Shown: positions 1-12,873 of the stretch, one piece after another
Numbering within the stretch: the first letter of the stretch is position 1
How the letters are laid out: each line of letters opens with the position of its first letter
Source of the DNA: Eledone cirrhosa
Lineage: Eukaryota
Direction: 5' to 3'
NCBI GenBank assembly: GCA_964016885.1
Contig: OZ024745.1
Location: forward strand, 69,502,001-69,566,000
Length of the DNA stretch: 64,000 nucleotides
Position numbers and translations under genes: made by a program
The notes under the pieces: model-generated
Told to the model about the DNA's origin: nothing
Database searches by the model: none
What the model saw: the letters and a program-made list of their open reading frames with translations, nothing else

Positions 1-270
1 TTTGTTCTCTGTAATATCATCATTGTCCACGGAGATTATTCTGTTACATAAGCAAATTTATATGCGACTGCTGCATTACGTTGTTTTTAAAAATTATTTA
101 TGGCAGTTTTTTATGATTCATTTTCTATAATTCTTTTGTTTATTTCATCGTCTTGTCTCTTTTAAATCTTTTAAATCTTTAAATTATCTCTTCATCCAAA
201 CAGAAGTTTCCGTATATCTTTATATCTTACATTTCTAATTACAAATATTGCTTTATTATTATTATTATTA

Positions 271-456
271 TTGGCAGTATCGGTAGAGGGTCGGATACCA
301 TGCTTTGTAGCATAGAGTTTCGGCCCTTTATGATCTAAGTTCAAATCCCGCCGATGTTAACTTTGCCTTTCATCCTTACGGGGTCGATAAAATAAAGTAC
401 CAGTAATGCACTGGGTAATTTCTGGCCTTGTGCCTAAAGTAGAAACAATTATTATT
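271..456 (+). mobile_element. SINE (family 1, with conserved GCCTTTCATCCTTACGGGGTCGATAAAATAAAGTACCAG body)
   Basis: B-box-like GTTCAAATCCC, conserved central domain and (ATT)n tail. Homologous copies at 37379-37716 and 58617-58830; remnants near 9020, 28295 and 36625. Confidence 0.8.
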
Positions 457-459
457 GAA

Positions 460-3400
460 TGCCATGGTGGACTGCAAATACAGAAAAAAGTATGAGAAGA
501 TTGGGTAGGTACATCCATTGAGTTGTTAATTCAAACCAACCAGAAGTGCATCGAAGATCTCCCGGATGTGATAGACTTCGATAACGCCACTCAACTGCAC
601 ATAAGTGTTGAGGGCAAACGCCCGAAATGCTTTCGCTGTGGGTCGAAGACTCACCTCAGGGCCTTCTGCAATGAGAAGAACCTGAGAAAAGAGAAAACCC
701 CCTCCTTCTGATACCGGCTCCACTGCTACCAGCAACAGGACAGGCGGCAAGCAGGAAGGATAGGTCCGTGGCACCCATACCCACGCAACGGAAATCAAGA
801 ACAGCAGCAGCAGTGGAAGTATTAACAACAACAGTAATACCAACTGCAGCTGCAACAGAGACTCCACTGCAACCATCACCAACAAGAACAAGTGAAAGAG
901 TGGAGCTGGTACCCCTCCCCGACCTCACAGAATCGGACAGGGGGTGTGAGGTGGGATGGCAAAAGGTCGCAAGAAGGCACAAACGCAGTAGCAGGGGGAA
1001 AAGGGAGGGAAGAAATGAAAAAAGGGCAAAGGCTACTGTAAAGAGACTTACAGCAGCAACACCACCAACACCATCACCACCCACACTAGCACCACCATCA
1101 CCACCGTCGGCAACCCCACCGCCAACAACAACAACACTTTTAACACCACCACCACAAGCACCAACATCGCAAACACAACAACAAAACACACACACCCAGC
1201 AACAACGACAAGAAAATAGCATAACCATACCACACCGCCAGAAAAAGAAATGCACAGCAATAAATACACACAACAATAAACTAATGACTTACATAATTGA
1301 ACACACAGACATTTCACAGCACGACTACATAATACCAGCACCAATCAAAACACCAACGAACTTAAGACTGGTAAGAATAGCACAGACACAATACACAAAC
1401 ATTGAAATAAATTCAACGGTCCCTTCACCAGACGATCAAGTGGAAAGGGATGGAGAAATCATCCTTCCTCTACGAGAGGTAAGGTAAGTCGTCTTTCCCA
1501 TCTTTTCAACTCCATTTCAACATGACCTCACTCAGAATAGGCAGCATAAATGCGCGTGGCTTGGGGTCGTCATGGAAGCAGGGCCACCTGCTCAACGATC
1601 TCAGGTCACTAAACATAGATGTAGTGGCCATCAGCGAGACCAGATCTCCGATGCACGGGTCTTCGCACCGATCTTCGGCGGCTACGATGTGTACGCATCT
1701 CCCAGCCGTCCTGAAACGAGGGGAGGAGTTGCTGTGCTTTTTCGGTGAAGTTTGGCACGCCATACGGGCCATCTTCCTGGACCCAGAAGGTAAGTTGGTG
1801 ATGCTGGACGTGACCAGCGGAGACGGGCAAGCTTTCAGTCTAGTGGCCGTCTATGCCCCGACAGGAGCTGGGCGGCCTGATTTCTTCCGGCGTATGGAGA
1901 CCTTTCTTGGAACGTCCCGCTCTGTAGTGTTAGTGTGCGACAGGAACGGGATCTTAGATGCATGCTGGGACTCTGTGAGATTAGCGGAGGAGAGTGCAAG
2001 AGCCTCACCAACCTGCTCAGGCGTTTTGAACTGTCTGACAGGTACCGATTGGATTCCCGAATGTGCCAATGTGGATAAATCGCATAGGGTCATCCAGATC
2101 ATATCTAGATAGAGTATTTTGTAGGGAAATAGATAGGTCTATCATAGGCTGTCCACAATTTAAGATAGTCAGCTACACGGACCACACATTCGTGATCTGT
2201 GTGCTTGACTTAGATAGGCTTCATAGACGAGAACCCGGCTACTGGAAGCTAAACGCGTCCTTACCAGCGCGCAAGGCCTACAGAGACCGGATTAGCGAAC
2301 TAGTTAAGCCGACGTTGACGGGGGCCATCGTCAACAACAAGTGGTGGTTTTCTCTGAAAAGTGCGATTAGAATACAGTCCATTAGGTTTAGTAAGGCTTT
2401 AGCAATAGAGACAAATAGAGCAGAGGGGAAACTAGTTAGAAAATTAGATGAGGCGCTTTACAAAGGCATCGCGACCGACGTACTTGCGGCGAAATTGGCC
2501 CTTGACCAATTCTTCAATGCAAAGCACGAAGGTTGCGTTGTTAGAGCTAGAGTGCATGCTCTCAGAAACGAGGGGACGAAAGCCGCGCAATGGGCCCGAA
2601 TGGCGGAGGCGCGTCGTGGCAACAAAGCCACGATCCGGTCTTTGGTGGACCACGACGGGCGCATGCTACTTAATCCCGGGAAAATGTGTGAAGCTTTTCA
2701 GCGACACTTCGCACAGCTGTTCAGGGGCAGCGGCGGGCGGAATCGAGGAATGGAGTTTAGTGTCTACCTCGACGGACTGTCGCGGCTCTCGGCCACTGAG
2801 ACGGAGTGTTGCGAAAAGCCGGTAACATCCGAACAAGGGGAATAACATAGATAATTTCAGGCCCATAACTCTGCTAAATACAGAGTTCAAGATTTTGACC
2901 AAGGTGCTAGCAAAGAGGTTGGCGCTTGTCGTTGGTCGTCTGGTGGGAGAGTCGCAGACATGCGCCATTCTCGACAGATCCATCCACGAGAACCTCCACC
3001 TCATGCGATACATCGTAGAGAGGGTATCTAGGGAACCTGGCACGGGTGGGTCCTTGATCAATTTAGATCAGTCCTAAGCTTTCGATAGGGTCGACCATCG
3101 TTACCTAGTGGCAATCCTGGAGGCGCCTGGCTTTGGGCCCGTCTTCAGAGGCTGGATCGCTGCCATGCAGAGCGACATCTGCTCTGTGGTGAAAGTGAAC
3201 GGTCACCTTACGGAACCGTTCAACATCATGCGCTCGGTCCGCCAAGGATGTCCCCTCTCGTCCCTCTTGTACATATTGACTCTCGAGCCATTACTGGATA
3301 AACTGGAGACGTTGAAGGTGACCCGCGCGAACTAGGATGCGGAAGATCCGTGTCAGCATATGCGGACGATGTCACCGTAGTGGTGTCGAACGCCAAACAC

Positions 3401-4975
3401 ATCGAGGCAATCGGCACTACACTAAGAGAATACGAAGCGGTGACAGGAGCAATGATCAACCAGGAAATGCCAATGTACCTGCAGCTCGGCACCTGGAGAG
3501 GCAGGTCCATGCCGTCCAACAGCGTCGTCGGGCGCTGGACGGGCGAACCGGTTAAATTGCTAGGGGTCTGGTTCGGTCCGGACCTGCAGACGGACAAAAA
3601 CTGGGACGAGGTGACGAGCAGGGTGGCTTCTCTCACCCAGAAATGGGCGGAGAGGAAGCTATCCCTGAAAGGTCGAGCGGAGGTGGCTAACGCGTACATC
3701 GCGTCCGTCACCTACTACCGCCTGATCGTCGTACCTTGTCCTGAGCCCCGCCTCACTGCGCTGGAGCGTTTGCTCTTTCGCTTTTTGTGGAAGGGACGCG
3801 ATCCGATGGTCAGGCCTCCATCTGGTGTCAACACCCGTACGTTAAGGGCTGGGCATGCCGTGGCTGATGATGCGCAGACACGCGCTCAGGCTACGACATC
3901 TCCACCTCTTCCTCGACGGCGATCAGGTGTGGTTGCCGTTTGCTAGACGCGTCTTTCCCGAGCTCGCCTCCTTGACGGAGCTGCAGTCCTGGGTCAAGCT
4001 AAGACTGAGAAGGAGCGCTTGGAGACTGGAATGTCTTCAGGCGCTCACAGCCCTCGACCAATCGGGCAATGTAATCGGTGGAAACTCCACCTTGGCGTTC
4101 TATAGAGGATTAGTGGAGGGGAAGAGCGACGACTTACTTGGGGAAACTCTAGGCGTCGACGAAAATCAACTAGCCAATGTCTTCGGAAGAACTTTCGTGC
4201 CGGGGCCTATGGACAACTTCCAGAAATCCCTGGCCTGGCAGTGCTACCGAGTAGCTTTGCCAGTTCGGGATAAACTCTACAGGCATGGATGTGCCCTCAG
4301 CCGGGCATGTCCGAGATGCGCGCAGGGCGACGAAACCGTCCTGCACGCACTCGTCCAGTGTCCGAGCATTGCTGACTTGTGGGTTTATGTCGAACACCTG
4401 CTGTCGCGTGTAGGACGGATCCAGCTATCAGCTGAGTTCATCGTGAGGATTGCCCCGCTCTCTTCCTTTAGCCGGGAATGGCAGGCAGTTTTTATCTGTC
4501 TGGTGGCCATGGCGAAAGAGATAGTATGGTGGACACGTTTGAAAGGGCTGAAGACGAGCACTTACCTCTTCGGTGATGCCCTGATTAATTTTTTCAAATT
4601 TCATTTGAAAATGAAAATCAGGGTAGAGAAGGAAGTGCTCTCTTCCCAGCATTTTGTTGAAATATAGGTGAGAGAGGCAAGAATGGCCCGAGTGAATGGG
4701 CCTACTCTGAGTATGTGTCTGTAAATTACAGGTGGAAAACTGGGAGAGGGCACTTGCCCTGGTGGCCAGGGTCACTGTGGCTTTTTAATGGGCTTTCTTC
4801 ACGAATGTCCCTCGGAAATCTCCCCCGTATTGGGGAATTTTTCATTGTTATTTTTTTGTTACACCCTGTTTTTATTTCTTACACGTAGAAATGCCCATTT
4901 GTACCGTCCTGCATTGTCCTGTGCTGTCCTTAATGTCTACTTTATGTAAACTCTTGTGGTTAATAAAGAAAGCAT
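460..4975 (+). mobile_element. Decayed Tx1/L1-clade LINE (ORF1 remnant plus broken ORF2)
   Basis: CCHC knuckle CFRCGSKTHLRAFC (523-711). APE endonuclease motifs (SINARGL, ISET, VYAP, YLDR, TDH, WKLN). RT motifs (FRPITLLN, AFDRVDH, VRQGCPLS, YADD) and C-terminal CPRC..ETVLH..C. Several frameshifts and stops, and a deletion near 2835. AATAAA near 4962, then (ATT)n. Confidence 0.9.
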
Positions 4976-5000
4976 GATTATTATTATTATTATTATTATT

Positions 5001-8000
5001 TGCATTTATCTTGCTTTATGTTTATACGAGTTATCACCAAGTCACAACCAGTGACCTCAAGAGACAACAAGGTCCGCCATGTTCAAGAAAGAACACACAT
5101 ATTCACACATGCATCCTTAGTGTTTAGACTTGTGATGTACTTATATTGACAGGATCTTCCTTAGTACTATCTTTTGTATTTCTCCTATACGCGGGTTTCC
5201 TGGGATTTGCGATAAGTAGTCGTTAGACCCCTTAGGTATCATTCCCAGAGCGCCTACAACCACTGGTATTGTTTTAGTTCTCAATTTCCACATTTTTCCA
5301 ATTTCTATCTCCAGGTCCTTATACTTGCTCAATTTTTCAAATGTTTTTATAGATACATTCTTGTCTATTGGAACAGACATATCAATTAGCAGGCATACCC
5401 TCCTTTGAAAGTCCTTCAATATTATATCAGGTCTATTTGCATCTATTTTTCGGTCTGTTTGGATGCTAAAGTTCCACAAGATTGAGATGTGATCTTTTTC
5501 AAGTATGGGAGGTGGTTGATGCTCCCACCAATTCTTTTGATGGGGCAGGTCAAAATGCTTGCACATTATCCAATGTATGTATTGTGCAGCTCTGTCATGC
5601 CTGTTTAGGTATTCGGTTGGAGCTATAGGACTGCACATTGAAATTATATGGTCAATGGTCTCTGGTTGTTTTTTGCATACACGGCATAATGGGCTGCACC
5701 CATTTTTTATTATGTTGGCTTGGTAATTTTTTGTTGGCAGACACTGATCTTGTGCGGATATAATCAGTCCTTCAGTCTCCGATTTCAGTCCAGAGGATGC
5801 CAACCACTGATGGGTTAAAGTTTTGTCAACATCAGGATTGTTAGCTCGCTCTGGGTATTTTCCATACAGAGGCTTTTCTTGCCATTTCTTAGCCAGTTTC
5901 TGTAGCAGTTCTTTCTTTGCAGTTACTTTTACCTGCTTTGCTTTTTCTGTGTTTTCCATTTCAGCAGTAAATGGGACTTCTGAAATTTGTAGTCCATTAC
6001 TGTATCTTTGTGCATCTTTTGTAATGGAATATGATCTTTTGGTGCTTTCGTGTTTCAAAACGAGTTTGATCATCCAATCATGTGATTCCCTTAGATATGT
6101 GGATAATCCAATTGTTGCAGTTTTCAACGCAATGTCTAACTGGATTAACCCACGTCCTCCTTCTTTCCTAGGGAGATATATTCTATCTATGTCTGCCTTA
6201 GGGTGATGCATTCTGTGCATGGTTAAGAATTTTCGGATTTTTGTATCGAGCCTACGGATCTCTGTGCTTGACCAGTTGATGACATTGTAACTGTAGGTTA
6301 CTACTGGTATGGCAAGCGTGTTTATGGCATCGATCCTATTCCTTGCATTCAATTCCGTTCTTAAGATTGCTCTGACTCTGCGGTAACATTCCTTCCTTAT
6401 CCTTTCCCTCATTGTCGAGTGCTTGATTCCGTCTCCTTCACAAACACCTAGATATTTGTAAGTTTGTTCTTGATCAAGCTCTCTTATCACGTTCCCCCGA
6501 TCAAGATTAATGTCTGAACTCTTCAGCAGCTTTCCTCTGGTGAACGTTGCTTTGGCGCATTTATCCAGTCCAAACTCCATTTTAATGTCATCACTGAACT
6601 GCTTCACAGTGGATAATAGCCCTTGCAATTGTTCATCATTTTTTGCAAATAGTTTCAGGTCATCCATGTAGAACAGGTGATTAATGGTTTTGTCATAGAC
6701 TCTATATCCATGTTTTGTTTCATTGAGCATTTTACTTAATGGTATAAGTGCGATGCAGAATAAAAGCGGTGACAAAGAGTCACCCTGAAAAATTCCACAA
6801 TTAATGTTAACTTCTCCAGCTTCCAGTGATTTTGTTTCACTATTCAAAAGGAGTGTCGTTCTCCATGTCCTCATACTGAATGACAAAAACCTCCTGATAA
6901 CGGGGGATATTTTGAAAATCTCTAAACATTTTTCAATCCAACTGTGTGGCAAACTATCAAATGCTTTTTTATAATCTATCCAAGCGATCGATAGATTTTT
7001 GTGTCTATTATGACAATCTTCCAGTATCATTTTGTTAACCAGAAGCTGATCCTTACAGCCATATGAGCCTCGTTTACACCCTTTCTGCTCAATGGGAAAT
7101 AGGTCATTTGTTATCAGGTGGTCATATGTGTATTCAGTTAGGACTGATGTTAAAATTTTATACATTGTGGTCAAGCAGGTTATCGGTCTGTAATTTTTGG
7201 GATTGTTTGTCTCATCATTCTTCGGTAGCAGGAATGTAATGCCGTTAACTAGCCATGATGGTATCTTTTCTGGCTCCTTAACTATTTCATTGTAAAGTTG
7301 GGCTAACAGCTCATGAGACTCTGTGAAGGCATTTATCCAAAAGTTTTGTATTTTGTCTTTTCCTGGGGATTTCCATTTGCTGGTTTTTCTTAGAGCCAAG
7401 CGCAGCTGTTCAACTGTTATATTTTCCCATGTTTGTTCTTCAAGGTGAGCTGTTTCTTTCATTTGTCTGTCTATCCATGGGGCATGTATGTTATGAACTT
7501 TTTCTTCGGCCCAGATCTTTTCCCAGAATTCTTGCACTTCCTCCTTGGGTGGTATTGATTTAGCAGTTATTGTTGACTTACCAATTTTTCTGTAGAAGTT
7601 TCTTTGGTTGTTTTTGAACATATTATTGTCCTTATAGAATCTAGATCGTTTTTCAAAGCGCCTTATACGAGCAGCTTTGGCCGACACTTTTTGCTTGATT
7701 GTTTCTATCAGCATGTCTATGTCACATGTTGATCTTATACTGTACTTTTTTTTCAATTTTCTAAGTTTAGTTTGTTTAACATGTTCACCTACTTTATAGT
7801 TTGTTAAAATTTCTATGTCAGATCGGAGAAGGTTTATTTGGCGATTGATGTTATCTTGCCAAGTAGATTTCTTGTGGGAATTCCTTTGTTTTTTCATCTT
7901 CACTCCACATAAGTGAGTGGTGACTTTAGCCGATGCATAATAGAGATGATTTAAGTCAGTAATGCTTAGTTTGTTTGTGATGATAATGTTTTTGAGAATT

Positions 8001-8950
8001 ATGTTAGTCTTGTGTATTATCTTTTGGTTCTGTTTGGAGTTCTGGATCTTAGGGAGGGTGTCTCGTTCCCCCATGTCAGATTCTTTCATTTTCATCCATT
8101 CGATCATAATTTCATCCTTCAAGTTGGCAAGTTCATTTTCATTCATTTCTTTATCATTTACGATCTCATTATTTTCATTTGGAGTTTCATCCTGAGCATG
8201 CACTCCCTCCACTTTTTCGCTCCTTTCTTTAATTTGTTCTGTTGCCAGTGATTCCGCCCCAACTCTGGGATTCGAAGTGTTACAGTTTACCTCGTTTTCA
8301 CTGACACATGCTTCATTTTCCCTTCGCTGACTTTGTGCTACTAGCTTGATCTGATCAATTTCTATATCAGTTAGTAACTTTTTTCTTACAATATTTCTTC
8401 GTATATTGGCTAGTTTGTTACTGTCAATATAGCCTCTGTTTTCGGGATGTTTCTTTTTCCAGTTGATATATGTTTGCTCTGTATTCGATGTATTTGATGG
8501 GTAGTACATGGCAGTGTAGAAAGCCTCAAGGACTTCTTTATTATCTTCCCTTGACCATTTTTCTCTCTTTTTCTTTGGATTTCTTGGTGGTGAGCATGGA
8601 GGGCCAACAGTAGGAGTATTCCGGTTATGGGAGGTCTCCAGCTCCGAAGTGATGGGAAGGTTTGAACCATTAGCTGATTTTTCGACCCCAGTCTGGTTCC
8701 TCTCTGAGGGACGCGGCCCTTTTTTACCCGGGTGACGGCCGATCCGGTATGAGATTTCATCATTAGACATCTACTTTATTTTGTCGCGTTTTATCCTTAT
8801 CCGCCAAGGGGTAATCTTTTCGTGTTACCACTTCTAGAACGAGTGTCAACCAAGACTAGAGGGGTCGTTCTCCCCTAGAGACATGGCTATTCCCCGCCGG
8901 CCGCCATCCCGGTATTTCTTGGTCACGGGGTTTTCTTTTTGTTGTTTTTT
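5001..8950 (-). mobile_element. R4/Dong-type site-specific non-LTR retrotransposon, apparently full length
   Basis: One long ORF with 5' and 3' UTRs. The 3' end abuts (TAA)n on the minus strand, and ATAATAA lies at the 5' flank. Confidence 0.85.
5141..8770 (-). CDS. Reverse transcriptase with CCHC finger and restriction-like endonuclease (1209 aa)
   Basis: SPGKD, NYRPITCL, DYKKAFDS, GIFQGDSLSP, FYMDD, YKYLG, GGRGL, CRVC..ETIDHIISMC, RHD, RPDII, LIDMSVP, EKLSKY. No APE domain. Confidence 0.92.
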   Translation of the reverse strand: MSNDEISYRIGRHPGKKGPRPSERNQTGVEKSANGSNLPITSELETSHNRNTPTVGPPCSPPRNPKKKREKWSREDNKEVLEAFYTAMYYPSNTSNTEQTYINWKKKHPENRGYIDSNKLANIRRNIVRKKLLTDIEIDQIKLVAQSQRRENEACVSENEVNCNTSNPRVGAESLATEQIKERSEKVEGVHAQDETPNENNEIVNDKEMNENELANLKDEIMIEWMKMKESDMGERDTLPKIQNSKQNQKIIHKTNIILKNIIITNKLSITDLNHLYYASAKVTTHLCGVKMKKQRNSHKKSTWQDNINRQINLLRSDIEILTNYKVGEHVKQTKLRKLKKKYSIRSTCDIDMLIETIKQKVSAKAARIRRFEKRSRFYKDNNMFKNNQRNFYRKIGKSTITAKSIPPKEEVQEFWEKIWAEEKVHNIHAPWIDRQMKETAHLEEQTWENITVEQLRLALRKTSKWKSPGKDKIQNFWINAFTESHELLAQLYNEIVKEPEKIPSWLVNGITFLLPKNDETNNPKNYRPITCLTTMYKILTSVLTEYTYDHLITNDLFPIEQKGCKRGSYGCKDQLLVNKMILEDCHNRHKNLSIAWIDYKKAFDSLPHSWIEKCLEIFKISPVIRRFLSFSMRTWRTTLLLNSETKSLEAGEVNINCGIFQGDSLSPLLFCIALIPLSKMLNETKHGYRVYDKTINHLFYMDDLKLFAKNDEQLQGLLSTVKQFSDDIKMEFGLDKCAKATFTRGKLLKSSDINLDRGNVIRELDQEQTYKYLGVCEGDGIKHSTMRERIRKECYRRVRAILRTELNARNRIDAINTLAIPVVTYSYNVINWSSTEIRRLDTKIRKFLTMHRMHHPKADIDRIYLPRKEGGRGLIQLDIALKTATIGLSTYLRESHDWMIKLVLKHESTKRSYSITKDAQRYSNGLQISEVPFTAEMENTEKAKQVKVTAKKELLQKLAKKWQEKPLYGKYPERANNPDVDKTLTHQWLASSGLKSETEGLIISAQDQCLPTKNYQANIIKNGCSPLCRVCKKQPETIDHIISMCSPIAPTEYLNRHDRAAQYIHWIMCKHFDLPHQKNWWEHQPPPILEKDHISILWNFSIQTDRKIDANRPDIILKDFQRRVCLLIDMSVPIDKNVSIKTFEKLSKYKDLEIEIGKMWKLRTKTIPVVVGALGMIPKGSNDYLSQIPGNPRIGEIQKIVLRKILSI

Positions 8951-9422
8951 TTAAATTGTTATTATCATGAGTGGTTCCTTAATGTGAGCATTGCGTGGCT
9001 TAAGAATGAAATTATTAATAATTGTCTCCACTCCAGGCCAGCAATCACCCAGTGCATTACAATAATATAATATACTTTTTGTTGTAGTTGGCTGTTATTG
9101 CTGCTGGTTATGTCGGTGGTGGTGCCGGGGCTTTTTATATTGTTGGTGAGGAAGGGGTGAGCCAGCAGTCCCATAATTGTTGATGTAGACGTTTGTCCGT
9201 GGCAAGGTCACCAAGTCAATCTATTTATATCTTTTGCTAGCCTCTCTCTTGTCTAGTGCTACCACCACCTTCCCTTTTCTCTCTCAAGTTAACAGGGGAA
9301 TAGTGTCAGTAGCATTGAATGAGTGGTGGCGGCGATGATGGATGTGGTGGGGTGGTGGCAGCGGTGGTGTTGTGGTTACTGATATAGTATCTATGAGTTT
9401 GTGTTCGTATGTTTAATATATA

Positions 9423-9474
<52 letters not shown>

Positions 9475-9538
9475 TAATAATTTCCCTCAATATATTGTCA
9501 AAGAAAATTACTCTCTCCGCATTTGCGCTTAAACAGTT

Positions 9539-9641
<103 letters not shown>

Positions 9642-12504
9642 AACGTCAAAAGCAACACAATCCAAATCCCAATAATGTTAAGATTTGTTAAGCCAGGCTA
9701 AATTTTTCTCCAACATCAAGTAATGTACGTCCAAATGAAGTTACTCAGTACATATAATACTAAAAAAGAAAAGACACAAAGCATATGATATATATGGATT
9801 TTAAAGAGTAACGCTTAATGTTCAAATAATGTAGTCGACTACAACATGGAATCTGGTATCGTGGGGTTGAAATTCCCACTACAATCCAAAATAACCTATT
9901 TATAAACAAACGCCCAATTTTAAAATAAAAAACTTCGATATCCTCTCTCTAGTCTAGTCTGGTGTTAACACAGAACGAATAATTAGAAGACTGTTCTTCG
10001 AAACTGACGGAGGTTTGTTCAATTCACCTGATGATGCATTGATATCATCTAATCCGTAAACCATCATATATGTTCACATAGTAAACATATTGATGGAGTG
10101 GTACACAACTAATGACCTACTATCATGTTGGTTAAACAAATTTAATTGCATTTTAATCTTTAAGATTTATCAGCAGTGATGTTTTTCACTATCAGACCTA
10201 CTAATCGTTCACAGGTGGACCTGGAACATTTAGATTAATCATAATACACTCGGCGTGCCAATCTGATATACTCTTGGTGTCAAATTCACCGATACTAATA
10301 AGATATTGCACAGATCTTATACATAGGAAATTATAAAAAAATATAAATTTTTGGTTATTTATATATTTAAAATGTTAATTCAATAAAACATAGATCATTT
10401 AATGTAGATAAGTTTATTTTAATGTTGTAAAATTGCGAAAACATGGGATGGTAGTTCTGTAGGCAGAAATGCAGTTTAATTAATCTTAAGGATACCTGAT
10501 AATAGTTTACTTAAAATTCCTGTTTGAAGTATGTTATGGTGGACTTAATTCCTCATCTTTCACAGGTCGATAAAATAAATCTATGATAGAAGAATTTCTT
10601 ATAATTATGGCACACCTATATTGTATGAGATTTAACACTTTAACAGAGCAGTTATAAGTTGTGAACTCTATAGGAAGAAGTGACACATTAAAATCTGATC
10701 GACCACATTTTCTCAATGTTGTGTCCCTCTGCTTCAAGGTATCTTTGGTGATCTCCATCTATGGGCGCTTAAAACCCGATGAAGTCTCAGGGGTTCGTTC
10801 GTAACTTTTACATCTCAGAGAGCCTATACATATTCAGGTTTGATTATAGGGGAATTCTTCTGGAGAAAGAGTAAGTGTAAGAGAATATGTAAGGCAGATA
10901 TATGGAAGAAGGATCTACCCCAGTACTGGACTTGTACTATATTAATTACATCGAAAACGTGAATGGAAATGGAATGAACAACACAAATATTCTATTCGAC
11001 ATTCCAGTGACTCCATCAATTTGTCGACTTGAAATATATCACTATTTTAAATCACTATAATAAATGATTGTACTGGATCTTTGTGTTAGAAGAAGGTTTT
11101 AACATGATCTCACATAAATTAATAATCGTTATTTTTTTTCTTTCAAATTATATAATGGCAAAATTTCGCTGCTTCAAAGTTTTGTATAGCATTCGTGGGA
11201 ATATATTTCTCCGTATATATAGCACGAAATATATTGTTAGAAAACATTAACTAATACGAGTACACTTATCATAAAGTTTGGGGTTCTATCACACTGCTTA
11301 TCATCTCTGACTAGCCTCTACACTATATTATTAGATCGAAGATTTCTGGTGAGTAAAACTCACCAGATGGAAACTGTTCAAGAAATTGTCGTGTTGATCG
11401 TATTTGTAATTCAAAAGACCTAATATGTCACTTATTGTGTAACACTTTTTTCCAGAGAATTGTTTAAATGTACCTGTGATTATGGAATACTCAAGTATTT
11501 ACACGATAATACGAACTTTCAGTGACTCTAAAAAAAAATGAATGCTCATCCTCGAAGGCTACAGAAAATCTGACGGAATAACCCATAGCAATAAACAGTA
11601 AAGCAGTGATTCCCAACCTTACTTTGACACGGAACCCATAATTATAAGTTTCGGAAAATATCTACAACCCAACTTTAGTGAAATATTAAATAAATAAAAA
11701 TACGTTTTGCAGAGTGATTCTAGTCACATTGATACAAAAGCCCAGAATTATATAAAATGTTAAGAAAGGACTAGTATTGATTTCTTTCCATAAAAACACA
11801 AGCTTTTTTTGCCGAATCACATATTTATTTTGATGAACCCTTGGAACCATTTAGTCAGACTTTTATTTTGATATTTATGAGTTACAAAGAGGGAACTAAA
11901 TCACCAAATGATCAATTGTCCTTCGAATTCACCCAATTTGAAACGAGATATAAACAAACAACTAATTCAAATGAAACAAGAAAAAAACGACGCAGGTGAT
12001 TGTCAGATAGGAGCAATAAAATTATGTGTTCATTGAACTTTCCAGTGCTGACATAATATGGCGGTCACTATTCCTAGGAAAAGGTAGCGGGATTTGAACT
12101 CAAAAGAACAAATGTGAATCAGATGCCGACCTTGAATTTATACGACCGCAGAGCATCGTGAGCCGGAAAAATATCGAGTCATTTAACCTCACGTCCTAAA
12201 GACACTACCACCAATTCGCGGAATCAATAAAAAATGGCTGAAACAACAACAATCTAATAAGAACCGTATGTGGTCGTATCTATAAATTATAGGTAATTGC
12301 CTATATTGCTAGTTTAGGATATAAATTATTTCGTGTAAACACATTTAAATGCTGCTGCACGTCTACCCTAAAATTGTATGTGTATCTACACATACATATG
12401 CATAAGGACATAAGCACACACAGGGAAATACGTGCATGCATATATGCGTGCATAGATACATGCATATATAGATACATGTATGCTTGAGTGTAAATATATA
12501 CACG

Positions 12505-12549
<45 letters not shown>

Positions 12550-12696
12550 TTTTAGTATATGTTGGTTGTATACCAACACCCCAGTATGCAGATTGGAGCA
12601 CTCGACGAAGTGCACAGGTTGGTTTGGTTACTCCGGGGTAATGTAAAATAAAATAAAATAAATAAGTCAAATGTTTAAAATTTGGCATCGTTTATT

Positions 12697-12753
12697 ACTG
12701 CTATATATATATTTCGGTGACAGCCATCTTTGGCTGTGACCTCTTCAGGCAGT
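12697..12753 (-). ncRNA. Minimal type I hammerhead ribozyme
   Basis: Minus strand reads ACTGC CTGAAGA GGTCACAGCC-AAAGAT-GGCTGTCACC GAAA TATATATA TA GCAGT: stem I, core, stem II and palindromic stem III. Confidence 0.85.
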
Positions 12754-12819
12754 CCGAATTAGTGTGGTAGAGATGAGTTATACACCTCAACAACATGTGT
12801 CTCTACCACACTAATTCGG

Positions 12820-12873
12820 ACTGCCTGAAGAGGTCACAGCCAAAGATGGCTGTCACCGAAATATATATAGCAA
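12820..12873 (+). ncRNA. Minimal type I hammerhead ribozyme (mirror copy)
   Basis: ACTGC CTGAAGA GGTCACAGCC AAAGAT GGCTGTCACC GAAA TATATA TA GCAA; stem I is shortened. Confidence 0.75.

Noticed and set aside
5823-8763. Antisense and alternate-frame ORFs within LINE coding regions
   Set aside because: Shadows of the main retroelement ORFs with no recognisable motifs.
11605-11660. hAT-like terminal repeat CAGTGATTCCCAACCT
   Set aside because: No clear partner terminal repeat or target duplication found.
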